From positions 30,009 to 94,008 of the forward strand of contig DXHV01000055.1 in the NCBI GenBank assembly GCA_019113165.1: DNA of 64,000 nucleotides, in the 5' to 3' direction. The stretch comes from Candidatus Desulfovibrio intestinipullorum (lineage in GTDB: Bacteria; Desulfobacterota; Desulfovibrionia; Desulfovibrionales; Desulfovibrionaceae). The position numbers and the translations under genes were made by a program. Under the pieces are notes generated by a model. The model had not been told where the DNA came from. It saw only the letters and a list, made by a program, of their open reading frames with translations, and did no database searches. This document shows, one piece after another, positions 37,786 through 47,119 of the stretch. The first letter of the stretch is position 1; the number at the start of each line of letters is the position of its first letter.

Positions 37786-39418
37786 AACTGCTTCCTCCGT
37801 TAAGGATGGGGTTTTCTGCCTGATGCTCTGTTCTGTTTTTTTTGATGCGGGTTTTTGAACGGATTTGGATATGGGGTTTGAAGAGGGGCTTTGGCAAGAG
37901 AGCCTCAGGCAGGGGGCGTCCGGTTTTCAAGACGTCCCCTGCCTGCAGGCTCTCCCTGCAAGGGACTGATTTTTTGTGTTGTCTTCCGGTCTTGTCTTCC
38001 CTGCGGACACTCATCCCAATTGTCTTTTTGTATCCCCTCCTGACCTGGGATACTCAAGACACAAGGACAAGGAATTGCAGGTTCAACAGCCATTGCTCCC
38101 GGTATGTACAAGGTTTTATTGTGCTGACAAGGGAGTGATGGCAAAGGAACTGGTTGCCTGTTCGTTTCTGAAAAAGCCTGACGGCCGATCAGATCTGACC
38201 GGCCGGCCCGCTTGGGGTGCCCTGGGTGATGTGTCCGGGCGGACAGGATGTCTGCCCAGGGGCCCCGGCTGCAGCTGATCCTTTATAAGGACAGACAGCT
38301 GGTCAGGGCATCATGCCGGCCCCCTGTCCGCTGCCCCGCATGCGGGCAGTCCGGTTTTTCGCAGAACGTGCTGCTCGTATAAACATGTCATAATTTTTTG
38401 TCAAGAAAAAAATTTTGTGCGCCAGTAAAAATATGACAGGGCAGCTGTCAGGCTGACGTTCTGTTAATTCCATGAATTATCTTGTCAAAATTCTAAATAC
38501 TACTTTCATAGTGTTAAAGTCAGTTATTTTTACAATTTTATAACTTGACTCAAATTCCCCGGAATATCCGATCTTTTTCTTCCCGAGAAATTTCTGCTGC
38601 CTGCCTTGCAGCTCACAGGCCTGCGGCCCGGGCTGTGTGCCTCGGAAGGGACAGCCTCGGTCCTGGATGTGGCGGATACAGGGCACAGAGGGCAAGGGCT
38701 GGGCCGGAGGCTGGGCCCCGGATACCCTGGGGATGCGCAGCGACTAGTATTTTGTTTTTGAAGTTCGTTAACAAGTCTGGATTGGGAAAAATCCATTTTC
38801 CACCATATTGTAGGAATTTCTTTGCCTATTAACGAACTTAGAGAACGCTATACTAGTCCCCTGCCCTGTGCGAGGGGTCCTGATGCCACAGGGCTCGCTC
38901 TGGCACCTGAAAGGCCTTGGGGGATGCAGGGACGAATGTGCCCTGGAGTCCTTTGGCAGTCCCCCTGCTCAGTCCGGTGCAGTGGCAGTCGTGCTCTCAG
39001 CTGCCTCATCGAAGGGGACTTGAGGCACAAGGTCGCAAGCCTCACATGCGGACGTTTGGCCAGGGACAAGACTGGCACCTAAGCAGGTGCCCGTTCCCTG
39101 TCTTGCTTGTGTGAACAGGCAAAAGGAGGTCCGCATCCACCATTGCCTGCCCTGTCTATGTATATAATATATATTATAGTATACTTATTAATTAAGCAAC
39201 GGGGTCTCAAAGGCTCGCGGCTAATTTTTCAAGTTCTTAATATTGTTGACTCTTTTTTAAAGACAGACCTTGAGGTGGTTAATGGGCTGATTTCAAGGAG
39301 TTACAAGATATTCTTTGCCGTTTTTTTTGCTTTGTTTGTAAAAAATGGGCATTTTCACGCAACCCGGTTAATTTTCACCTTTCAAGTCATTGACAAGTCT
39401 TAGCTTTCTGAGCATACT

Positions 39419-39651
39419 CTTGCACAGACCTTCCAGCTGGAGGGGGTTACGACCATTCCGTTCATTAATTTCGTCAGGAGTGAAGCTTGCACAGACCTTC
39501 CAGCTGGAGGGGGTTACGACTATGTCTCCAGCCGCCCAAGGCTCATAAACTTGCACAGACCTTCCAGCTGGAGGGGGTTACGACCAGGATTCGTTCTGGA
39601 ACGTCATTTCGACGTTTTCGCAGAGTCCCCTCGACTGAAGGGGCTCTGCTC
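39419..39651 (+). CRISPR. mini CRISPR array B: 3 perfect 35-nt repeats (CTTGCACAGACCTTCCAGCTGGAGGGGGTTACGAC) plus 1 degenerate terminal repeat; spacers 32, 29 and 32 nt
   Basis: Repeats at 39419, 39486 and 39550. A degenerate copy at about 39617 matches in roughly half its positions. A strongly AT-rich leader-like region lies upstream (39150-39418). No cas genes are in the window. Confidence 0.7.
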
Positions 39652-39890
39652 TCCTTCCACAACTGGCCTCACCCCCAAGCCCCCATCCTTGATAAGACTG
39701 CCCTTCTCTCCTGACGAGCTCCCTTCTGCCCCAGGTCATCCTTCCCTGGTGCAGCCTGCCTTCGCCTGGCCAAAAAACCGTCAGCCCCCCAAACTGGCTC
39801 TGGACGCCCCCGAACAGGCCCTGGTCAGGCTCTGATCAGACTCCGACCGAGCCCCCGAAAAAAAATTTTTCGATTCCAGAAAATTTTTTC

Positions 39891-39919
39891 TTGACATGTC
39901 AGAAAAATGTTGCTAGATC
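39891..39919 (+). promoter_or_regulatory. sigma70-like promoter TTGACA-N17-(TGc)TAGATC with A/T-rich UP-like tract, pointing at the dotD block
   Basis: Read directly: ttgaca 39891-39896, 17-nt spacer, tagatc 39914-39919, preceded by aaaaaaaatttttcgattccagaaaatttttt. About 480 nt upstream of ATG 40400. Confidence 0.4.
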
Positions 39920-40399
39920 GTGCCCGTCAGGAAGACGCTTCAGGACCGCTGCCCCCTCTGGCCAGAAAACAAGACCAGACAGCAGGGGTGTCGGATCTCT
40001 GAATCAGCCGTCCTTACCAGTCAGCGATCAGACGCGCTCTCTGCCTTCCCTTTTGTCTGTACAGACCTGCTTTTGTGCAGACTGTGCCCGGGCAGATGGT
40101 GCGCTGACCTGCATTCAGGGTGTGTCTGCAGGCATCCCTAGAAGAAAACACCACCCAAAAAACAGCCCGACCAAAACGCATAAGAAAGCCCATCAACAGT
40201 CAGCCCCGGACGTATCGGGTTCCTGCTTCATGCATGTCCCGGACATTCCGACACCATCAGCGGCTCTGCACTCTGGGGAAGTCCCGCAAAAAACCGTCTC
40301 CCCTGCAGCCGCATCACTGAAAAAAACAAACGACAATCAGCCCCTGCAAGGAGCATTCAGACTTCTTCGCCCCAAAAACCAAGACACCAGGGAGGAGTT

Positions 40400-41194
40400 A
40401 TGCGCCCATACGGCAGGAATCGCTGTGCCCTACACAGTCTGCCAGAAAGCAGGCACGCTCCGGCAGAAAGGAGCAGTCTGCACAAATCATGCTGCCAGAT
40501 TTCAGGCAGAATCACGCACCCCGTCCTCAGGGAAGAAAAACAGCAAGACCATACCGCCTGCAGCACTCGGCCAGGACTGAAGCCCCTTCAAAAGAAGCGT
40601 TCTCAGAAGCGTTCACGCAAGGATCCGGCAAAAAAGGCCGCCCAAACACCCCTCCGCCCCATCCTGCAGATCTGTTCGCTCGCCCTGATCGTTCTGCTGC
40701 CCCTGCTTGCGTGCAGCTGTGCCCTGACAAAAAATGCAGCCAGGGCCCCGGACGAACAGAAGAGCGTGGATCAGTCCCTCCATGATGCCGCCAATGTCAT
40801 CATGGCGGATCTCGCAAGGCTCACGGGCTCCTACCAGAGCTATGACGCAAGCCATGCCGCAAGTCCCCTGCAGGAGCGCATGAACCTGCGCTTTGAAGGA
40901 CCCTTGCAGGAAGCCCTGGGCAGGGTCTGCGCCCATATCGGCTACCGTCTGGTCATTGTGGGCACGCCCAGGCCTGCGCCGGTCCTTGTGCATGTGCAGG
41001 CACGGGAGACGCCCGTGCTGCACATCCTGCGCGAGCTGGGCCTGCAGACCGGGCCCTACGAGCAGATTCGGGTGGTGGAGGAAGGCCGCTTCATCGAGCT
41101 CACCTGGCTTGATCCGGCAACCAATCTGCCCAACCGCTACGGCCCTGTGAAGAAGAAGCACGCACAGGGCAGCCGCACAGGCAGAGATAGGTAA
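40400..41194 (+). CDS. dotD: DotD/TraH-family T4BSS lipoprotein
   Basis: SD GGGAGGAG before ATG 40400. Lipobox LLPLLAC/S. The C-terminal domain (LRFEGPLQEALGRVCAHIGYRLVIVGTPRPAPVLVHVQARETPVLHILRELGLQTG) matches the DotD N0-like domain. The lipobox lies about 85 aa from this start, so the true start may be a downstream non-ATG codon. Confidence 0.7.
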   Translation: MRPYGRNRCALHSLPESRHAPAERSSLHKSCCQISGRITHPVLREEKQQDHTACSTRPGLKPLQKKRSQKRSRKDPAKKAAQTPLRPILQICSLALIVLLPLLACSCALTKNAARAPDEQKSVDQSLHDAANVIMADLARLTGSYQSYDASHAASPLQERMNLRFEGPLQEALGRVCAHIGYRLVIVGTPRPAPVLVHVQARETPVLHILRELGLQTGPYEQIRVVEEGRFIELTWLDPATNLPNRYGPVKKKHAQGSRTGRDR

Positions 41195-41349
41195 CGTCCG
41201 GTCTGCAGCCGCGAGGCCCAGGCCCTGCCTGCAGCCCCGAGCGGCCCGCATCTGTCCTGTTTGCTGGTCTGGTCTGTTCTGGCCAGTCCCGTCTTCTGCC
41301 TGATCCGACAAGCCCTCTGCCCTGCCGTATCGTCCCATGGAGCCCAAGC

Positions 41350-42642
41350 ATGTCCCAGCAGATTCTCAGGCGCCAGTCCTTCTTCCCGTTCTTCTTTCCG
41401 TCCTTCTTTCCGTTCATCTTCACGTCCTTTTCCCCGTCCTTTTTCTCGTCTCTTGTTCCGGCTCCCTTTCTGCCGCCTTGTGCCTTGTGTTCCCGATTCT
41501 CCATCAGCGCCCCTGTCCTGCAAACAGGTCCCTGCTCCTCGCACCGGCGCGTCCCCCGCCTTGTGCCCGTCCTCTGTCTGTGTCTCTGTCTTTCCCTGTG
41601 CCTTTTGCTGTCCCTTGCCCTGCACCTTTGCGCGCCTTCCCCGGTCCTGGCCGCTGGCGGTGACCGGGCAACAGCAGAAACAGGAGCCCGGCACACGGAC
41701 GGAGCAGAAGTCTCTGCTGGCACGGAAGACGGGCAGGGGATCTCCCAGGGTGCAGACGAGGCCTTCATAGCCCCAGGCTATCCGCTCGCCCAGGGGGACA
41801 GAAGCTATGCGGGCTACGGCACCCTGCCCAATGCCCCTGTGCTGGACATGGCCGATCTCTTCCCCGAAGAAGCCGTGACTCAGGGTGCGGGCACGAGCAC
41901 GGGCAGGGAAAGGAACGCCGAGCCTGCGGCCGAGCTGCAGGAACTGCTCGACGTGCGCGGCACAGCGGACACAAAGCCGAAGGACAGGGTGAAGACCCTC
42001 AGGGCCCGCATGCTCACCGAGGCGGCCGGCACGGTGGCCTTTCAGAAAGGGGTGCGCCGCACCTATGCCGACCTGCTGGCAGCCTGTCACAAGCGGGCCC
42101 TGGCCCTGGACCGCATCTTCGGCTTTCAGGCACTGCTTTTGCAGGGGCGGGTGCTGCCGCCGGTGCTGCGCTGGATTGAGGCAGCCACCACTCTGGAGAG
42201 CCCGGACACGGCCCGCAGCGTGGAGGCCGCCTACCGCATCGAGCAGCCGGCGCGCCTGGTCAGCCGGGCCCCGTCCTGGCGCGACTATCTGGAACAGGAA
42301 TTCGAGGCCTTTGAGCCGGGCAAAGAGCTCCTGCCCCGTACCAGCGAGGAAGTGGCCCTCTGGCAGGAAGGCGTGCGTCGCGGCTGGGCCGAGGGCTGCG
42401 AGCAGGGCCGCCAGCTCTTTGCCCTCAACCTGGCCCGCCTTGTGGCCGACTTTCGTGGCATGCTGCGCTTCAACGAACTTGCCCGGCAGGGCATGATTTC
42501 CCTGCCAGGCCTCTCAAAAGGCAAGCTCGGCATCAGGGTTGGCAACCGCAGCCTGCACATGAACGAGACCGTCTTTCGCATTACCGTGCCGGCCGCCTTT
42601 CTGCCGCCCGAGGCCTGGTCCAAAAACCGCCATCAGAACTGA
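41350..42642 (+). CDS. dotC: DotC/TraI-family T4BSS outer-membrane protein
   Basis: The C-terminal 250 aa (IFGFQALLLQGRVLPPVLRWIEAATTLE..RLVSRAPSWRDYL..LWQEGVRRGWAEG..FNELARQGMISLP) match DotC. The N-terminal ~60 codons are a Phe/Pro/Ser run encoded by a polypyrimidine tract, so the start is uncertain. Confidence 0.7.
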   Translation: MSQQILRRQSFFPFFFPSFFPFIFTSFSPSFFSSLVPAPFLPPCALCSRFSISAPVLQTGPCSSHRRVPRLVPVLCLCLCLSLCLLLSLALHLCAPSPVLAAGGDRATAETGARHTDGAEVSAGTEDGQGISQGADEAFIAPGYPLAQGDRSYAGYGTLPNAPVLDMADLFPEEAVTQGAGTSTGRERNAEPAAELQELLDVRGTADTKPKDRVKTLRARMLTEAAGTVAFQKGVRRTYADLLAACHKRALALDRIFGFQALLLQGRVLPPVLRWIEAATTLESPDTARSVEAAYRIEQPARLVSRAPSWRDYLEQEFEAFEPGKELLPRTSEEVALWQEGVRRGWAEGCEQGRQLFALNLARLVADFRGMLRFNELARQGMISLPGLSKGKLGIRVGNRSLHMNETVFRITVPAAFLPPEAWSKNRHQN

Positions 42643-42701
42643 ACAATCCCCTTCTCTCGCAAACGACTGCTGCCCAAGACGCTTCCCAGGGGAGGTCCTG
42701 C

Positions 42702-44333
42702 ATGTCCGATTCAGCCCTGCACAACATGATGATCCGGCACGTTCGCCTGCTTCCGCAGCCCTGTGTGGCCGGGGTCGGGAACGAGTCTGGAACCGAGTCC
42801 GGGGCCGTCTCCCGATCGATTTCCCAGGCAGCAGGCCAGACAGTGGGCCAGACATCGGCCCGGGCTGTCTCCCTGTCGGCCGCCCGGTCTGCTGTATCCG
42901 TACAGTCCGCTCCACTCGCCCCGTCCGTCTCGTCCGCTTCGTCTGGCTCCGGCCTGCGCTTCCCCGAGCCCCTCATCCACGAACTGAGCGTGGATCAGCT
43001 GGAGCGCCTGCTTTTGTGGTGCGTGGACCACAGGGCCTCGGACATTGTCTTCTGCCCCGGGGATCCCGTGTGGATGCAAAAGGATGGCGTCTGGCTGGCG
43101 GTCACGGATTCCGTGCTCACGGAGACGGAGACGCAGATTGTCGTCAACGAGAGCTCCGGCCAGTCCAACCGTGCCGGCATGGTCAAGACCGGCCACTCCC
43201 TGGACTATGCCTATGCCATCCGCATTCCTGGCGAACGGCTCCTTCGCCAGCGCTTCAGGGTCAATGCCACCAGTTCCAACAAGGGCCTCTATGTCGTGCT
43301 GCGCGTCCTGCCCAGATCCCTGCCGCGCCTGGAAGACATGGAGGATCTGAGCCCGGACCTTGTGGAAGCCCTCTTTCCGGCCTCAGGATTAGTGGTGGTC
43401 TCCGGGGTCATGGGCTCGGGCAAGTCCACCCTGCTTGCCGCCATTTTGCACAAAGCCCTCCTCAATCCTCGGGTAGGCCGGCAAATCCTCACCCTGGAAG
43501 ACCCCATTGAATTCGATTTCAGCTCCATCAGTGCCGACAGGCGCGTGGCGCCGGTCACCCAGTCGGCCGTGCACATCGACGTGGAGGACTGGCCCGGTGG
43601 CGTGCGCACCCTCACCCGCCGCAAGGGCGAGATTGTCATGGTGGGCGAGTGCCGCGACCGCATGACCCTGGAGGCTCTGCTGGCCACCGTGGAACAGGGG
43701 GTCACGGCCTACACGACCGTCCATGCCCAGGACGTGCCCCAGACGCTCACCCGCATGATCCATGCCTTCCCGGAGGAAGAACGCTCGGCCGTGGCAGCCG
43801 TGCTCAAGGCCAATATCCGTGTGCTCATCCATCAGCGCCTGGTGCCACGCAAGCGGCCCTGCCTCGCCGCTGCCTCAGGGGGCGTGGGCGAGACGGGCAG
43901 CAGTGTGCCCCGGGCACGGGAGGTGCCGGGCCGCGTAGCCCTGCGAGAAATCCTCGTCGTGGGCCCGGAGCTGCGCCGTCACCTCTACACCATTCCCGAC
44001 GAGCGGCTTTTGCAGGAAGTGCGCGCCCTGGTCAGCCAGTGCGGCCAGAGCCTGCTCGAAGACGCCCGCAGCAAGCTTGCCCGGGGCCTTATCTCCGAGG
44101 ACACCTATGCGGCTCTGGTGCGCGAGCAGCAGGGCCAGCACAGGCGCCTTGTCTTTCGCAGCGGCCAGGTCCCGGGCTCTGACCGGGACAGGGTCACGAA
44201 CACGAGAACGAATACGGGCGCGGACACGAATGCCGGGCAGAACGCCCGGAGAGGCAGGGCCCGCAGCCCTGCTTCATCCCCGGTTCCCTTTCCCGGCAAT
44301 CGAATACCGACGCCCTCTGAGCAAGGCTGCTAG
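42702..44333 (+). CDS. dotB: DotB/TraJ PilT-like hexameric secretion ATPase
   Basis: SD GGGGAGG before ATG 42702. ASDIVFCPGDPVWMQKDG, Walker A SGVMGSGKSTLLAAIL, LTLEDPIEFDF and VMVGECRD. Has N-terminal (~95 aa) and C-terminal low-complexity extensions. Confidence 0.85.
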   Translation: MSDSALHNMMIRHVRLLPQPCVAGVGNESGTESGAVSRSISQAAGQTVGQTSARAVSLSAARSAVSVQSAPLAPSVSSASSGSGLRFPEPLIHELSVDQLERLLLWCVDHRASDIVFCPGDPVWMQKDGVWLAVTDSVLTETETQIVVNESSGQSNRAGMVKTGHSLDYAYAIRIPGERLLRQRFRVNATSSNKGLYVVLRVLPRSLPRLEDMEDLSPDLVEALFPASGLVVVSGVMGSGKSTLLAAILHKALLNPRVGRQILTLEDPIEFDFSSISADRRVAPVTQSAVHIDVEDWPGGVRTLTRRKGEIVMVGECRDRMTLEALLATVEQGVTAYTTVHAQDVPQTLTRMIHAFPEEERSAVAAVLKANIRVLIHQRLVPRKRPCLAAASGGVGETGSSVPRAREVPGRVALREILVVGPELRRHLYTIPDERLLQEVRALVSQCGQSLLEDARSKLARGLISEDTYAALVREQQGQHRRLVFRSGQVPGSDRDRVTNTRTNTGADTNAGQNARRGRARSPASSPVPFPGNRIPTPSEQGC

Positions 44334-45154
44334 GCCTGCAGGGCCTGACGCAGCTGCGAGCGCAACAGGGCCACTTCCAGGACGCTTGGCACAAGCACGC
44401 TGTAGCTTGGACCCAGGGTCTCGGCGAGGGATCGTTTGGCACAAAAATCCATGATGAAGGGTACGGCCGAGACCGCCACGGCATCCACCACCTTGCGGCC
44501 GGCAGGCCCCATGGGCCGGCGCAGCAGCACAAGCCAGATCAGGCCCACCAGGGCTGTCACCACCCTGGGGCCTATGCGGCGCAGCAGTCCTGGGCCCAGA
44601 CGGGTCAGCTCCTGGGCCAGCACCTGCCCCAGGCGTGTGCCCACAGTGCCCTTGAGGGGCACCCTGTCCAGCAGACCGGCCACAAAGGAGGAGAGGCCAA
44701 GCTCTTCCCAGAAGTTCTTGCCCTTCTGATTGTTCACCTCGCGAATGAGGGTCTGTTCCTCTTCCTCGGTCAGGTTGTCCAGGGCAAAGGAGAGCACGGC
44801 CCACAAGAAGCGCTCCTCCACCTCCACACAGCCTTCTTCCATGGCACGCAGACGCCCGGCCTCGGAAAGGGTCTTCAGGGCCTCATCCTCCAGGCCTTTG
44901 GGCATGGCAATGGAGCAGTGCCTGGCTGCACAGACAACGCACTGGGCATAGGAAGGTTTTGTCCCTACCAGGGGCAGGGATTGCCTGAGCGAGCAGGCTG
45001 ACGTCTTGATGCCTGTCAGGATGTCCTCAGGCCTGTCGCTGTCAAAGCGCTTCCTGAGACTGGTCCAGGCCAGTGCCTGCGGTTCCATGTGTGCTGCCTG
45101 CTCAAGTACAATAATGGTCTGCCGGTCGGAATCGTGCTGAACTGCCAAAGCCAT
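44330..45154 (-). CDS. hypothetical protein encoded antisense to the surrounding T4BSS genes
   Basis: SD GGGAGGG before ATG 45154. 274 aa with host-like codon usage. Two C-terminal hydrophobic segments. Its 3' end overlaps the dotB stop by 4 nt. No family recognised. Confidence 0.5.
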   Translation of the reverse strand: MALAVQHDSDRQTIIVLEQAAHMEPQALAWTSLRKRFDSDRPEDILTGIKTSACSLRQSLPLVGTKPSYAQCVVCAARHCSIAMPKGLEDEALKTLSEAGRLRAMEEGCVEVEERFLWAVLSFALDNLTEEEEQTLIREVNNQKGKNFWEELGLSSFVAGLLDRVPLKGTVGTRLGQVLAQELTRLGPGLLRRIGPRVVTALVGLIWLVLLRRPMGPAGRKVVDAVAVSAVPFIMDFCAKRSLAETLGPSYSVLVPSVLEVALLRSQLRQALQA

Positions 45155-45343
45155 GTGCCCTCCCAAAAAGCAAAATCTGGTCAGAAAACCATTCCTGAAA
45201 ACACAGTACAGGAACCTGCCAGAAAAGACGCCCCTGCACAACTCCCCTCAAAATCAGGATACAACAATTCGCTCTCTTTTCCGGTATCTTTCCGGCGACC
45301 GTCCCAAAAAACTTTCAGCATCTCAAAGGAGGAGACGCGCTCC

Positions 45344-45613
45344 ATGATCCTCAGCAAGAACGTCTGGCGCGACACGGCTCGCCCGGTGCGCTGCGGCTTT
45401 CTGGATGCCAGGGCCCTCACAGGCTTCTTTTTGTGGATGCTCCACATGAGCTGGCCCACCTTCTGGCTCTCCCTGGCCGTGCTGCTGCTCTTCGTGGTGC
45501 TGGAGCGCTTTGGCATCACCGTGCCCGCAGCCCTGCGCTGGTGCCGGCAGAGCTTCTTTTCCCCCATCCGCCGCCACGACTCGCACTATACCCTGCGCCG
45601 GCCTGGCCGCTGA
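45344..45613 (+). CDS. icmT: IcmT/TraK-family small T4BSS membrane protein
   Basis: SD AAGGAGGAG before ATG 45344. 89 aa. VWRDTARPVRCGFLDARALTGFFLWMLHMSW..VLERFGITVPAALRW matches the IcmT signature. Confidence 0.7.
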   Translation: MILSKNVWRDTARPVRCGFLDARALTGFFLWMLHMSWPTFWLSLAVLLLFVVLERFGITVPAALRWCRQSFFSPIRRHDSHYTLRRPGR

Positions 45614-45718
45614 CAGCACTTCCTCCCCTTCGCGCCATTCGTCTTTTGTTCCAAACGCCGATCACAACCCCCAGAGAAAACCCGCAAAAGCAAAAACCCC
45701 CTGCAGCAAGGAGCACAT

Positions 45719-47119
45719 ATGGTCATTCGTTCCGCATCCTTGTTCCCCAAAGCCAGTCCCGTTCCATCATGCCCGTCTGTCCCGGTCTGCCCACACGAGT
45801 CTCTGCACGAGTCCTGCGGCCGAAGGGCACGGCCTGGGCAGGCGCCTGGCGTGTCCGGTTCGCTCTGTGCCCTGATCGTTTGCTCAATCTGTGCCGTTCC
45901 CGACCAGGCCCTGGCTTCCTATGAAGAGCACCTCCTGGTTCCCGCAAGCACGCCGGCTGCCCTAGGTCCCATGCGTGTCGTCACGGCCCCTGAGGCAGGC
46001 CTCTTTCAGGAAGGCACAGGCGCAGCCGTTCCCAGGGTGACCTCCCAGGGCACGAAGGTCCCCCTGGCCTATGCCCTCTCTCTGCTCACACCCAGGGGCT
46101 GGATCTGCCACGGCGCCCATCAGGCCAGCAGGACGCCCGTCTCCTGGAATCAGGACGAAGACTGGCTCGCCCTCCTGACCCGCCTTGGCCACGAGACCCA
46201 GTCCGCCTTCATTGTGGACTGGACGCAGCGGACACTCACTGTCCGCCCGGCCGAGCGGCCCGCTGCCAGAGAGCCTGGACAGGCGTCTGCACAAAAGGCA
46301 GCCGGGGCGACAGGCACACAGGCCGCTGCGACCATGTCCCGGCCGACCGGCAGGGACCTCTCTCCTGCCGCAACACAGGCCGAGGCGCCCAAGGCCGGTT
46401 CCGCTGACCCTGCCAGAACGTCTGCCAGAGCCGAACCCCCGGCCACGACCGCGCCCGGGCCCAGGATTGTTTCCCATGATGCCGGCGACGGCCGCGTCTT
46501 TCTGGCCTATGGCATGAGTGTGCAGGAAGCGGCCCGGGTGCTGGATACGCCCCTTGCCCGCCTCATGCGCTGGAACCATCTGGAGAAGGAGGCTTTTCTG
46601 CCCAGGGGCACGGCCCTGTGGCTGAAGGATCCGGCGTCCGTGCGCACAAAGGCCGCAGCGAGCAAGGCCACAGAAAACAGGGCTGCAGCGACGGCAAAGA
46701 CGCCCGGACTGACGATGGCCCGCAAGACTGACCAGAAGACCGGCCAGAAGCCCGGGCTGACGATCAGCGCCGCAGTGCCTGCTTCTGTCAGGACCGCGCC
46801 ATCGGCAAAAACCGGCTCTTCTGTCCCGATCCGCCAGCCCGGCCAGGCCGTTCCGGCGGATCCGGCTGGCGCAGGCCGGCAGGTCTGGACCATTGCTCCG
46901 GGCCTGCTCAAGCAGCAGCTGGAAGCCTGGGCTGCCCAGGCAGGCTACCAGGTCGTCTGGGCGCCGGACACCGACATGGAGCTTGAGGCCCGGGCCTCCT
47001 TCACAGGTCCCTTTCCCTCGGCCGTGCGTGCCCTTTTCGAAGGTCTCTATGCCCAGGGCTCGCCCTTCACGGCCCGTCTCTACCACGGCAACCGCATCCT
47101 GAAAGTGGAGGATCGCTAA
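45719..47119 (+). CDS. pilL: PilL-like thin-pilus lipoprotein (TcpQ-type C-terminal domain)
   Basis: SD AAGGAG before ATG 45719. The C-terminus WTIAPGLLKQQLEAWAAQAGYQVVWAPDTDMELEARASFTGPFPSAVRALFEGL is TcpQ/PilL-like. A similar N-terminal domain is present (LSLLTPRGWIC..WLALLTRLGHETQSAFIVDW). First gene of the pil block, as in R64. Confidence 0.6.
   Translation: MVIRSASLFPKASPVPSCPSVPVCPHESLHESCGRRARPGQAPGVSGSLCALIVCSICAVPDQALASYEEHLLVPASTPAALGPMRVVTAPEAGLFQEGTGAAVPRVTSQGTKVPLAYALSLLTPRGWICHGAHQASRTPVSWNQDEDWLALLTRLGHETQSAFIVDWTQRTLTVRPAERPAAREPGQASAQKAAGATGTQAAATMSRPTGRDLSPAATQAEAPKAGSADPARTSARAEPPATTAPGPRIVSHDAGDGRVFLAYGMSVQEAARVLDTPLARLMRWNHLEKEAFLPRGTALWLKDPASVRTKAAASKATENRAAATAKTPGLTMARKTDQKTGQKPGLTISAAVPASVRTAPSAKTGSSVPIRQPGQAVPADPAGAGRQVWTIAPGLLKQQLEAWAAQAGYQVVWAPDTDMELEARASFTGPFPSAVRALFEGLYAQGSPFTARLYHGNRILKVEDR

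Noticed and set aside
37976-38278. 100-aa ORF (or a 46-aa version from ATG 38138 with a GGGAG SD) in the hub, followed by a weak hairpin/T-run at about 38331-38360
   Set aside because: It has no recognisable family and an odd composition. The evidence is limited to an SD-like motif, which is not enough to call a gene.
39419-39651. Iterons/oriV as an alternative reading of the 35-bp direct repeats next to an AT-rich tract
   Set aside because: The repeats are longer than typical iterons, are separated by unique 29-32 nt spacers of near-constant length, and end in a degenerate terminal copy. A second array with related repeats exists at 11.8 kb. I saw no DnaA-box-like 9-mers. The alternative is kept as a refutation route.
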